Shown: positions 45,344 to 56,200 of the stretch, piece by piece
Layout: each line of letters starts with the position of its first letter
Numbering within the stretch: the stretch's first letter is position 1
From: a virus
IMG/VR virus record: IMGVR_UViG_3300025289_000026
Span: 14,503-78,502 of that record
Length of the DNA stretch: 64,000 nucleotides
Strand: one strand, 5' to 3'
Program-made: the position numbers and the translations under genes
Notes under the pieces: model-generated
The model's input: only the letters and a program-made list of their open reading frames with translations
Told to the model about the DNA's origin: nothing
Databases searched by the model: none

Positions 45344-46648
45344 TTACACATCCTTCTGGACCCTGTAGCCCGAGACCGTCAGGGATTCCATTGTCTTGTT
45401 CAGTGTCCTGATGAAGGCTGGGTGCCGCGCCGCGTAAAACCATGCCTGCGGTTCTTGCCCGCCTTCACGTTCGAGCCGCCCAACCGTCTGGACCACGGCG
45501 TTGCGGTCTTTCATCGGGGTCACGACCCTGAGGGTATCGAGTGATGGTTCACTCAATCCTTCTTTTCCGAATAGCTCGATTGCCAAGGTAATGGGCTTGG
45601 TCCGGAGGTTCGCGAGCCGGACATCTGCCGGAGTTTCCATGATGTTGATCCCGGGGGCAAGGTCATGCAACCTGTCCCTGAGGTTCAACAATACTTGCCG
45701 ACGGCTCGAGATGATGAGTTGCTTTCGAAGTTGACGGTATCCTTCTCGAATGTCTGTCTCCAGGACCCCGAGGTATTGTTCCGATTCGGCCAACTGGGTG
45801 ACCGCCACGGCGTAGTTGTCGTCCAGCAGCAGGTCATCCATCCGGACGAGCCGGAAGAATACCGAGGCCTTGGCCCTGGTGGAGTCTCGATAGAACACGT
45901 TCTTACTCAAGGCATGGTAGTAGACGAACGACAGGTAGTCCTCTCGCGCCAGGGTGGCGGACAACCCTATGCGGCGCCCTGGGAAAGCATTGGCCACCCC
46001 GGAGAACACGGGGGCAGCGAGATGATGCATCTCGTCCATAATAATGCATCCATATATTTCGCCTAGCATACGCTTGTTAGTTTCATCGAGCGCAAGGACC
46101 GACTGGACCAGCGCGACGGTGAAGGGCTGGAGATCAAGATCTCCGGATATCACCCGGCCTACCCGTTTGATCGACGTCTCCTTCAGGATCACCTCGGTCC
46201 ATTGTTCCAGGATGTCTTTCGTGTGGGCCACCACCAGGGTCCAGCGACCGTACTCCACCGCGGCCTTGAGGGCGATGTACATCTTGCCCTCTCCGCACCG
46301 AAGACTCACGATAGCGTCGGACTGCCCTGGGGGCAGGGTCCCGGCGTCCCGGAGGAACTGGATGGCATCGACCTGCAACTGGTCCCTCGGGACAATAGCG
46401 CAGTGCTCCGCCACCGTGGGGAAATCCTTGGGGCCACGGTAGTGCGTAGGGGTAGAGGCGAGGTCAAGGTAGTGCCTTGGGGCCACGATGTGGTCGGGGG
46501 TCTCGTGGTACAGTTTCACCACCTTGGCCACGGTTGCCCTTCCGGTGGGTAGTACAATATACTGTAGGTCGTACATGGCTTTATCGGCCTCGGGGGTACC
46601 CCGGGGTAACCAAAGCATTTGATCCAGGAGGATACCCGTGTTCGACAT
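45344..46648 (-). CDS. Superfamily 2 DExH helicase (XPB/UvsW/ResIII-like); start uncertain (46648 or 46618)
   Basis: PRD.Q, CGEGK, DEMHH, LSAT..RED, EGL, QTVGR..R. Confidence 0.85.
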   Translation of the reverse strand: MSNTGILLDQMLWLPRGTPEADKAMYDLQYIVLPTGRATVAKVVKLYHETPDHIVAPRHYLDLASTPTHYRGPKDFPTVAEHCAIVPRDQLQVDAIQFLRDAGTLPPGQSDAIVSLRCGEGKMYIALKAAVEYGRWTLVVAHTKDILEQWTEVILKETSIKRVGRVISGDLDLQPFTVALVQSVLALDETNKRMLGEIYGCIIMDEMHHLAAPVFSGVANAFPGRRIGLSATLAREDYLSFVYYHALSKNVFYRDSTRAKASVFFRLVRMDDLLLDDNYAVAVTQLAESEQYLGVLETDIREGYRQLRKQLIISSRRQVLLNLRDRLHDLAPGINIMETPADVRLANLRTKPITLAIELFGKEGLSEPSLDTLRVVTPMKDRNAVVQTVGRLEREGGQEPQAWFYAARHPAFIRTLNKTMESLTVSGYRVQKDV

Positions 46649-47651
46649 ATATGATGATGCTGGAGCGTTACTGAAGCGGCTCTACCCAGATGTCTCTCAA
46701 CTTCCCAAGTTTGTCCTCATGGGCCAACCCAGGCAATTCGATCTTCCAAAGTATGCGTCCGATGACTTTGCCGTCGCGGTGCCGCTGCACGATGGGATCA
46801 AGTATGCTTACCCCTTGATGACCCCTGGGGCCACGGCGGTGAGTTGTCTCTACTTCGAACATACGCATCAAAATCTTCCTGCTGATCTTCGCAAGGAAGC
46901 GGCCACTCGATTGCTCGAAGCATGTGACCACCATTCCCTGGAGGTGACGGAAAAAGTTGCGGAATTAGCGACAGAGTATCAGGAAGAAGAAAAAACCGCA
47001 AGTTTTAAGACCCGGTTCCCGGACCAAGGGATCGAGGGCACCCCGTGGTTCCCTCTCTCGACGGCCGAACAAGTAAAGCTCGCGACAGACCTATACCCCC
47101 AGATCATCCGAAAACTGGCACCATCGGAACGACGGGAGTTTACCTTGAACCTGCAGAAACAGGCGTCGGCCCATGGGCTCGGGATGCCCGATACCGCTGC
47201 CCAGTGGGGCGGGAACGTCTTGGCCAAGGGGCTGGTGCTCGATGGCGTGGAGAAGCGGGCCTCCATGATGAATCCCCAGCAGGCCGAGTTGCTCCGGGGG
47301 GCGATTGACCAGATCCTTGTGATGTCACCCGAAAAGGTGGCATCGGTGTTTGAACAGCTGGATCAAGAGCTTGGGTTTGATGTCCTGTGGGACACCAAGC
47401 TGCGGGATCCCCAGGCTATCCATGGGTTTTCTGAACCTGAGGTCGAGTTGGTGAAGTTCGCGGAGTTCGAAATGTCACGTGAACATTGGGACGCAGCGTG
47501 CGATGCGGGCCTGTTGGATGTCTTCGAAGACGACACCAAACGGGCACTTCGCCAGCACCCCGAGGTGTTGGACGAATACACCGGGACCCCGGTGCTCCAG
47601 CACATCCTCGACGGGCTCGAATCCCTTGGGATCGTCCAGGGGGACAACTGA
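46638..47651 (+). CDS. Hypothetical putative head protein rich in K-x-A motifs
   Basis: AGGAGG SD, GTG start; 337 aa. Confidence 0.8.
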   Translation: MFDIYDDAGALLKRLYPDVSQLPKFVLMGQPRQFDLPKYASDDFAVAVPLHDGIKYAYPLMTPGATAVSCLYFEHTHQNLPADLRKEAATRLLEACDHHSLEVTEKVAELATEYQEEEKTASFKTRFPDQGIEGTPWFPLSTAEQVKLATDLYPQIIRKLAPSERREFTLNLQKQASAHGLGMPDTAAQWGGNVLAKGLVLDGVEKRASMMNPQQAELLRGAIDQILVMSPEKVASVFEQLDQELGFDVLWDTKLRDPQAIHGFSEPEVELVKFAEFEMSREHWDAACDAGLLDVFEDDTKRALRQHPEVLDEYTGTPVLQHILDGLESLGIVQGDN

Positions 47652-47720
47652 CGGATAATCATGTATCGTGATGGCGATTCTGTAGCGATGAGGTGACTCT
47701 CGCGTGGACCAGAAACCCAG

Positions 47721-48398
47721 ATGTCAAAAATTTCATCCCTATTCAATCGCCCAGAAATTCATCCCCTTGTACTCGACGTCGGGCTCGTTGAAATCTTTGG
47801 GCCCGAGTGGATCACGTGGGATGGGGACTCCGTCGCGATGGCGGCGGCGAGACAATCGGGCGGATCGGTAAGTCGAGCTACACAGTCGAAAATTAACGGG
47901 TTGCTTGTGCTTCACGGTACCCATGGGTATTGGGAAGACTGGCGGGCATTTGAGGATGTCTCCTGGGGACTGTCGGGCCATCAGGTTGACCTCGCGCAAT
48001 TGACCCCCTTGACCGCCGTGGTGCTGCTCTATGGGTACCGCACGGCCAAGTGGATTGATTCCAAGAGTGAATTCTCTGATGACGTCATTGCCTACATCTT
48101 GGTCGTGATGTTGAGCGAGCAGTTCAGTCTATTGCCTACTGACCTTGGGTTCCTGCAGTCACGATTTCTTGAGGCTAATCCATTGGCCAGCAATAGGGCC
48201 GAGTTGGTGAAGGCGGGGTTGATCGCTGGGATCAAGACTCCAGCGAGCAATACCGAAGAGAATGCGATCTCGGTCGAGTTACTTCGACATTCGAATTTGG
48301 AAACAGTGTTGGCATCCTCGTGTTCCATCGAGATCATTACCCAGCAGGCTGATGCATTTGGGCTAGGCCGTACCGTGCGGGCAGTATTGGAGGTTTAG
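47721..48398 (+). CDS. Hypothetical protein
   Basis: 225 aa; ends 1 nt before the next gene. Confidence 0.75.
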   Translation: MSKISSLFNRPEIHPLVLDVGLVEIFGPEWITWDGDSVAMAAARQSGGSVSRATQSKINGLLVLHGTHGYWEDWRAFEDVSWGLSGHQVDLAQLTPLTAVVLLYGYRTAKWIDSKSEFSDDVIAYILVVMLSEQFSLLPTDLGFLQSRFLEANPLASNRAELVKAGLIAGIKTPASNTEENAISVELLRHSNLETVLASSCSIEIITQQADAFGLGRTVRAVLEV

Positions 48399-48399
48399 C

Positions 48400-50259
48400 A
48401 TGAGTGTTACGTTTGGTAATCCAGATCGGCCCTCTACGGTTACGGACTTTGTCGCGCGGGGCGGTACCATTCGGTACCCAAACCCCTTCTTCGACGTGGC
48501 CCAGACCTACATGCCGACCACGGTCAAGCACCTGTTTAGTTTCTGCAAGACCTACTATCTTGGCAACGGGCTGGTCAACAACGTGATCAACCGGATGGCC
48601 TACTACCCAGTGACTAAGCTCCGGTACGGCCAGAAGACCAAGAACAAATCCACCGACGATTATGTCGAATTGTTTGAAGAGCAACTGAACCTTGAATCCT
48701 TCCTCATTGAGGTTGGGGTCAATGTCCTGGTGTTCGGCAACGCCTACATGTCGGTTCACTATCCGATCCGCAAGATGCTCACCTGCACGGCGTGCAAGCA
48801 TGAGATGGCGGCCGACACGGTAAATTACAAATTCGAGCGATTTGAATTCAAGCTTAGTCCTTGTCCTCGATGCGGTTCCGTAGCGATCGCTACAGTACGG
48901 GACATGGCGATAGCATCGTCCAGGAAGATCAACTTGATCCGATGGGACGTGATGGACGTGGAGGTGTTTTTCAACCAAGCCAACGGGATGTCGTATTACA
49001 TCTTGTCGGTCCCCATGACCACTGCCAAGGCCATTACCGAGGGCAACACCCTGTTGATCAACGATACGCCCCAGGTGTTTATCGATGCGGTCAAGCGAAA
49101 GGAGAAGATTCTTCTCAACAGCCAGAATGTATTCCACATGAGGCGCCCGAGCCTCGCGGGCCAGGACATGGGCCTGGGGATCCCGTTGGTTCTCCCGGCG
49201 ATGAAAGACCTCTACCTCATGCAGGTGTTGAAGAAGTCCCAAGAGGTCATTGCCCACGAACATATCGTGCCCTTGCGGATCCTCCACCCCGCTACCTCAA
49301 CAAACGTGGATCCAATCCAAACGATGGATTTGACTTCATGGCAATCGACTGCCCGGTCAGAGTTGGCCCGTTGGCGGCAAGATCAAAACTATATCCCGAT
49401 GCTCCCGATGCCCATTGGGTTCCAGTATCTTGGGGGCCAGGGAAAATCACTCCTGTTGACCAACGAACTCAAGCAGTTGTCCGAGAGCATCGTGATGTCG
49501 TTGAACGCTCCAATTGAGTTTGCGTTCGGCGGTTCGACTTACAGTGGCAGTAGCGTGACCCTCCGGATGCTGGAGAACCAGTTCCTACGCCACCAGAGCC
49601 AGCTACTTAAGTTGGTCAAGTTCATCACTTCGTCGATCTGTAATGTCCTTCGGATCGAGCCCCCTACGGTTGAGTTTACTTCACTCCGGACGGCTGACGA
49701 TATTCAGCGCAAGAGCATCCTGATGCAGCTGAACCAGATGAATCGAGTTTCCGCCAGGACATTGCTCGAGGAGTTCAACCTTGATCCTGCTGATGAAGAG
49801 AAGATGATCGAAACGGAGCTTGGGGCTCGTAACCGGATGGAACAAAAGCAATTCCTCCAAAGCGCTGAGAACCAAGGCAAAGCCCAGGTGATTGGCGCCA
49901 GGTACCAAAGCAACGCCCAGATGGAGGCCATGAAATCGACAAGCAGGCTCCAGGGAATGCCCTCGACCCAGGCGCAAGCCCAGGCGGAACAAGGGGGTGT
50001 CCAAGGAAGTCAGCCCGGGGGCCAGCCCGAAGGTCAGGAAGGCCCCATGGTGTTGTCGGAAAAGCAGATCAAGTCTGCAGTCAAGGAATTGACAGGGTTG
50101 CAGGAAGGGGAACGGGCCCAGGCGCTCCAGCAATTGGGTCAGAAGATTGACCCCCAGAGCCTCCAGATGATCATTGGGATCCTGGGCCAGAAACCCAATG
50201 ACAATATGAAACCACTGCCGGATCAGCGGCCGCCTCGGCGCCACAAGGCCCTGGTGTAG
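48400..50259 (+). CDS. Probable portal protein with an inserted zinc ribbon
   Basis: GGAGG SD; VLVFGNAY, VFHMRR, GIPLV, PIEFAFGG, VSARTLLEE, Q/G-rich C-terminal tail; resembles portal organisation. Confidence 0.6.
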   Translation: MSVTFGNPDRPSTVTDFVARGGTIRYPNPFFDVAQTYMPTTVKHLFSFCKTYYLGNGLVNNVINRMAYYPVTKLRYGQKTKNKSTDDYVELFEEQLNLESFLIEVGVNVLVFGNAYMSVHYPIRKMLTCTACKHEMAADTVNYKFERFEFKLSPCPRCGSVAIATVRDMAIASSRKINLIRWDVMDVEVFFNQANGMSYYILSVPMTTAKAITEGNTLLINDTPQVFIDAVKRKEKILLNSQNVFHMRRPSLAGQDMGLGIPLVLPAMKDLYLMQVLKKSQEVIAHEHIVPLRILHPATSTNVDPIQTMDLTSWQSTARSELARWRQDQNYIPMLPMPIGFQYLGGQGKSLLLTNELKQLSESIVMSLNAPIEFAFGGSTYSGSSVTLRMLENQFLRHQSQLLKLVKFITSSICNVLRIEPPTVEFTSLRTADDIQRKSILMQLNQMNRVSARTLLEEFNLDPADEEKMIETELGARNRMEQKQFLQSAENQGKAQVIGARYQSNAQMEAMKSTSRLQGMPSTQAQAQAEQGGVQGSQPGGQPEGQEGPMVLSEKQIKSAVKELTGLQEGERAQALQQLGQKIDPQSLQMIIGILGQKPNDNMKPLPDQRPPRRHKALV

Positions 50260-50262
50260 CCG

Positions 50263-53200
50263 GTGGCATACTTTACAACTGAGGAATCCGACGGTCACGC
50301 TAAAGACGCGGTAGAACGGGCGATCAAAGAAGTCTTCACCGACATAACCGTGGGGGACAAGACCTTGCGGCTTGACGGTGTGCAGGTAGACCAGCGGCTT
50401 GACCCCCAGGATTACGAATCTCAGCGCCAAACCAAGTTGAAATCAGGGGTCTGGGGGATGTCGGTCTCGGGGCTGTTCTCGCTGTTGGATCAAAATGGAA
50501 AGGTCAAGGACACGGGTCGGGTCAAGCTCATGACCTTGCCGCAGAAGACTGCTCGCCATACCTTCATCTTTGGAGGCCAGGAGTATCAATTCGATACTCA
50601 GTTTCGACTCAAGCCAGGGATATACACCCGGGTGACGGACGCGGGAGAGTTTGCCTCCAGGATTTCGGCCGAGGGGAAATATTACCGCAATACCGAAATA
50701 TTCTTTGATCCCCAGACCAAGGTCTACACCCTTGGGGTAGGGACTTCCCACGTACCCCTCGCGACCCTGTTGGATCTCATGGGGGTGTCGGTCCAAGAGC
50801 TTGAACTTGCGGTCGGCAAGGAGGTCGCAACCGCGAACCTGGGGAAGGCGAAGCCCGGGGACTACAGCAAGCTCTACAAGGCGTTGTTCGACCTGGACCC
50901 TGGACCTAAACCGGATTACCAGGTGATCGTCCAGGCGCTCCATGACAGCAAGCTTGATCCTGATGCCACCGAGTACACCACGGGCATGAGGTTATCTTCG
51001 GTCGACAAGACCGCGATCCTCACGACCATGAAGAAACTGTTCAAGCTGGTCAGAGGGGAGACAGAGGAGGATGACCCCAACAGCCTGGTGACCAAGTCGG
51101 TCCATTACTACGAGGACTATCTTCGTGAGTGGATCCTGAAACATGGAAGCGAAGTACGGCGAAAGATTTCCAACAAATTGCCTCACGCCAATAAGGTGGA
51201 GGATACGATCTCGACCTCCATCCTGATGCCGGCGATCGGGAAGCTCTTTACCGCGACCCCGTTGGCTCAACGGCGCGAACAGCACAATGTCGTAGACATT
51301 CTGTCGGGTACCGGCAAGACAACGCTCCGGGGTCCCGGGGGGATATCAGACCCCAACATGATTCGGGACGACATGAGGACGATCCATTCGTCCCACATGG
51401 GGTTCTTGGACCCGATCAAGACACCGGAAGGTTCGACCATCGGGACAACCTTGTTCTTGTCTTCGTTGGCCAGGAAGCGGGGCAACGAACTGGTCGCGAC
51501 CTTCATGGACGTGAAGACTGGCAAGGAGGTGGACCTCACGCCCAAACAAGTGTTCGACACCGTGGTGGCGTTCCCTGACGAGTATGACTTTGAGGTCAAG
51601 CCACCGAAGGCAAAATCCAGCAAGGTGATGGCTTCCCACCGGGGTGACGTGCGAGACTACCCGCCATCCGAGGTTCAATACGTCCCAGCTTCCCAGGCGG
51701 GACTGTTCCACCACACGACCAACCTGATCCCTTTTCTTCGATCGAACAACGGCGTCAGGGCCATGACGGCGTCTCGTCAGATCGAGCAGGCCATCTCCTT
51801 GACCCATCGGGAAGCCCCCCTGGTACAACTGAAGTACGGTCGCTCCGATTCGACCGCTGAGCAGGGGTTCGGTCGCTACCTTGGGGCCAGCCTCAGTCTA
51901 GTGGATGGTGAAGTTTCGTCTGTCCGGCAAGGCAAAATCATCGTGAAGGACAAGGCCGGGGCTTCCTCGGTAGTCAACACGTATCGAGATTTTCCACTCA
52001 ACAACTCCAAGGGGTACATCAACTCCGAGGCCTTGGTATCCGTGGGGGATAAGGTGAAGAAGGGTCAGGTGTTGGCCGATACCAATTACACGAAGAACGG
52101 GACCCTTGCCCTTGGGACGAACCTTCGGGTCGCGTACGTCCCGTGGAAGGGCCTGTTGTTTGAGGATGCCTTGGCCATCAGCGAGTCCGCAGCCACCAAG
52201 CTGACTAGCGATCATCTCCACCAGTTCGTCGTGGAGTTGGGGGAGAAGTCGATCTCGGGTCGAGACAAATTCCGTAACTATTTTCCCAACAACATCTCCC
52301 ATGCCCAGTCCCAGAAATTAGACTCCGACGGCGTCATCACGGTGGGGCAGGAAGTCAGCCGAGGGGATTACCTCTACGCGGGAATGTTTGAGAAAGAAGT
52401 TGATCCGGACAGCGAAGCGATCCTTCGGGTCGGGACCCGGGCGTTCCAATCGTTCGGTGACTCCTCGATCCAGTGGGAGAAAGATTACCCCGGGGTCGTG
52501 ACCGCGGTGGAGAAGTTCGCCAAAAAGTACATCGTCCACGTGAAGACCAAGGAACCGGCCGTCGAAGGAGACAAGCTGGTTGGGCGCCACGGGAACAAAG
52601 GGATCATCAGCAAGATTGTCCCGGATGCCGAGATGCCCCATGACCTCGAGGGCAAGCCATTCGAAATCCTGATGAACCCCGCGTGTTACGACGACAAGAC
52701 AGAAGTTTTGACAGAAAATGGGTGGTTGCCTTTCTCACAGGTTAGTCAAGGCGACGTCGTAGCGTCTATGCATCCAAACGGAGAGTTAGTATATGAAAGT
52801 GTGCTGGCAGTTCATCGAAGTTTTTATGTTGGGCCAATGTACAGGATCAAGAATAAAAAACTTGACCTTATGGTAACGCCAAACCATAGGATGTACACGC
52901 GAAAAGGAGACAGCAATGAGAAATCGCCGTATGAAATCAATGAAGCGAAGAAAATTTTTGGCCAGCGGCGCTACTACTTAAAGAATTCTGAAAAATGGGT
53001 GGGTAGTTCTGCAGAGGTTGTGCGCTTCGGAGAACCTGAAGATCGTGATGGTACTGGGCCAAAAGCCGACCCAAGAAAACTGGAAATAGCCCCCAGTGAA
53101 TTTGCCGAGTTCCTAGGAGTGTTCATCGCCGAAGGCTGGGCGTGTAGGCGAGAGGGTGGCATCTATGATGTGGGTTTAAGTCAGTCACAGAGATTGAATC

Positions 53201-56200
53201 CAGATAAATGCGTGGAGATCGAACGCTTTTTGGCTCTATTACCGTGGTCGTTTTCCAGGCGTGAAAGAGACAACGGTCAAGTTGAGTGGACTGCACGAAA
53301 TAGGGAATTATGCCTTTGGCTCATGGAACATGTGGGCACAGGGGCCAAGAACAAACGTATACCACGCCAGGCACTGGCGTGGCCGAGCGCTACCTTAGAA
53401 TTACTGCTTAACGGGCTCATGCTGGGCGATGGATCGACACGAAATTCACCTCAAACGTCCCACTACGACAACCGGAGGTATTTTACGGCCTCGAAAGGTC
53501 TGGCGGACGACGTGCAGGAACTTGCGCTTAAGCTTGGTGTTTCTGCACAGATAACGACACAAATTAGTTGTTTCAGAGAAACCGTTACGGATATCTTTGT
53601 GGTCAGTTTTTTGAAACGGTCAACACCTTCTGTTAATTGGCCAGGGAAAAAACATGCACAAGTGGAAAAGTGGGTACATTACGAAGGCGATGTATTCTGC
53701 TTGACTGTTCCCAGCGGGCTACTGTATGTTCGTAGGAATGGTGTGCCAGTATGGTCTGGTAATTCTGTCGTCGGGCGTGTGAACCTGGGGCAAGTGTACG
53801 AGACCCTCGTGGGCAAGGTGGCGGCCAAGACGGGGAACCCCGTGGTGGTGGACAACTTCGCCTCCGAGCAAGACAACCATAAGTACGTGGCCGACATGTT
53901 GAAGAAGCATGGGCTTCAAGATCGCGAAATCGTGGTGGATCCGGTCGACGGACCCACGGAAAACCCGGTGCTCACGGGCAACCAATACATCTTTAAGTTG
54001 ACCCATCAGGTTGATAAGAAGCTATCGGCTCGAGGGGCAGTGTCCAAGACCACGGGGGAAAGGCTCCAGTACACGGGTGACAAGATTCCATCGAAGGGCG
54101 GTTCCGAAGGTGGCCAATCGATCGGTATCCTCGACACCTACGCCCTGTTGGCCAACGGGGCAACGGCGAACCTCAAGGAGATGTTCTCGTACAAGGGGGA
54201 CGCTCAGAATGCTTTGTTTTGGTCAACATTGAAGAACGGAGGTGTCTTGCCGGCCGCCGAGGTGCCGTTCACCGCAACCAAGTTTCTCGCGCTCCTGGAA
54301 GCCATGGGGGTACATGTCAAGAAGGATGGCAATTCGCTCCAACTGCTCCCCATGACGGATCGAGACATCGAGACCATGTCGGCCGGCGAATTGAAGAACC
54401 CCGGCCAGGCGCTCGACGCGAAGCTCCGGCCGTACCAAGGGGGTATCTTCGATTCCCAACGGACCGGTGGGCTCCATGGCAAGAAGTACACCCACATGAA
54501 CCTCCCGTTCCCCGTGGTCAACCCGGTGACGCGGGACGGTGCCGTCAGGCTGTTGGCCTACCACCATCCCGATCACGGCGGAACCCTTGTGGACAAGATT
54601 CTCGAGGGGCACCTGGGGTTGAATAAGAAAGGCGATATCGTCCCGGTCGTTGAAGCCACGGTCGTGGGGGGTGCGGCGGTGCAGAACCTGTTGGCCCGGA
54701 TCGACGTGGACAAGAGCCTCAAGACCGTGGAACAGGATCTCGAGACCGCGGCACCGTCGAATGTCAACACGATCAACAAGACCCGCAAGTACCTCAAGGC
54801 CTTGAAGGAGTTGGGCTACACGGCCGACCAGGCCTACTGCCTTACCAAATTTCCCGTGCTGCCACCGTTGTTCCGCCCCATCGTGGTGAATAAGAACGGG
54901 ACCATCAGCAACGAGGATATCAATGAACTGTATCGTAAGCTCGGGGAGACGATCGAGGCGGTGAACCAAGGGGATAAGAAGTTACCTCCCGAAATGATGG
55001 CCCAGCGGTCTGCCGCGATCCAGGACATGGTCGACGCTGTCGCGATCTCGGGGTACAGCGCCCACAACCGAACGATGAAGGGGGTGATGCAGTTGATCTC
55101 GGGCACGAGCCCGAAGTACGGATTCTACCAGAAGAAGGTATTGAAGCGTCGGCAAGACCTCAGCGCCCGCAGCACCATCGTGCCGAACCCCGAGCTCGAC
55201 GTCGACACCATCGAGGTGCCGGACAAGGCCCTATGGGAACTGTTCGGCCCGTTCGTCACCCGGTCGCTCGTGCAGTCGGGATATCCGGTCGCCAAGGCGG
55301 CGGAGCATGTGAAGGACAAGACCGAGGTAGCCAAGACCGCGCTGCTCAACGAGCTAAAGGATCGTCCCGTCCTGATGAAACGAGATCCTGTGCTCCACAA
55401 GTTTGGTATCCAGGCGTTCCATGCGAAATCTTCGTCCGGCAACACGATTCGGATTCCCCCGAGCGTGACGACGGGATATGGGGCAGATTTCGATGGGGAC
55501 CAAATTTTGGACACTGTTGTTGTATTTGCAACGGATTCGGTTTTGTGCCAGCATATACTGGAACAAGGAGCCGAAGACATGACTGCACGTTTGAAAACTG
55601 TGTTACCGACGATGGACATCCACGGGATGGTGTTCCTGTTAGACTTGCAGGATTTTCCTCACGGTGAATTGATTGGAGCTAAGCAAGGAGAAAAGGGTCC
55701 CATCGAGTTCTACGCGGTGCCCAATGGAGTTTACGTTCTAGCCTTAGATGAGACTGTCGGCGCACTGGTGTGGTCACCCGTGACCGTATGGTCGAAGCAT
55801 CTGGATCGTGAAATAGAGATCATCACACTGGCATCTGGACGACAGATCGTATCGGACGACGATCCCCGTGCGGTCTACGGAATGGCCGCTGGTACGTTAC
55901 TTTACGGACGCTTTCAACCTGCTACCGCAGTCGAGTCTCGGGTGCTGGTTCCTCGAGGCCAGCGCTTAAGCATCCCTGAAATACTACACAATGCATTCAC
56001 AGGGGCGGAGAACTCTAATAGGCCTCGATCACACCAAGTATTTCCGGAAGTTGTACTGACAGAGAAACTCGGTTATTTCCTTGGGGCTGCCGCTGGCGAT
56101 GGATGGGTTTCTTCTATAGATCAGATCTGCCTAGCATCGATAGATGATGATGTGGTACTCCGGTTTGCCGAAGGCCTCGCGGAGATGATGCAGACAGGGC

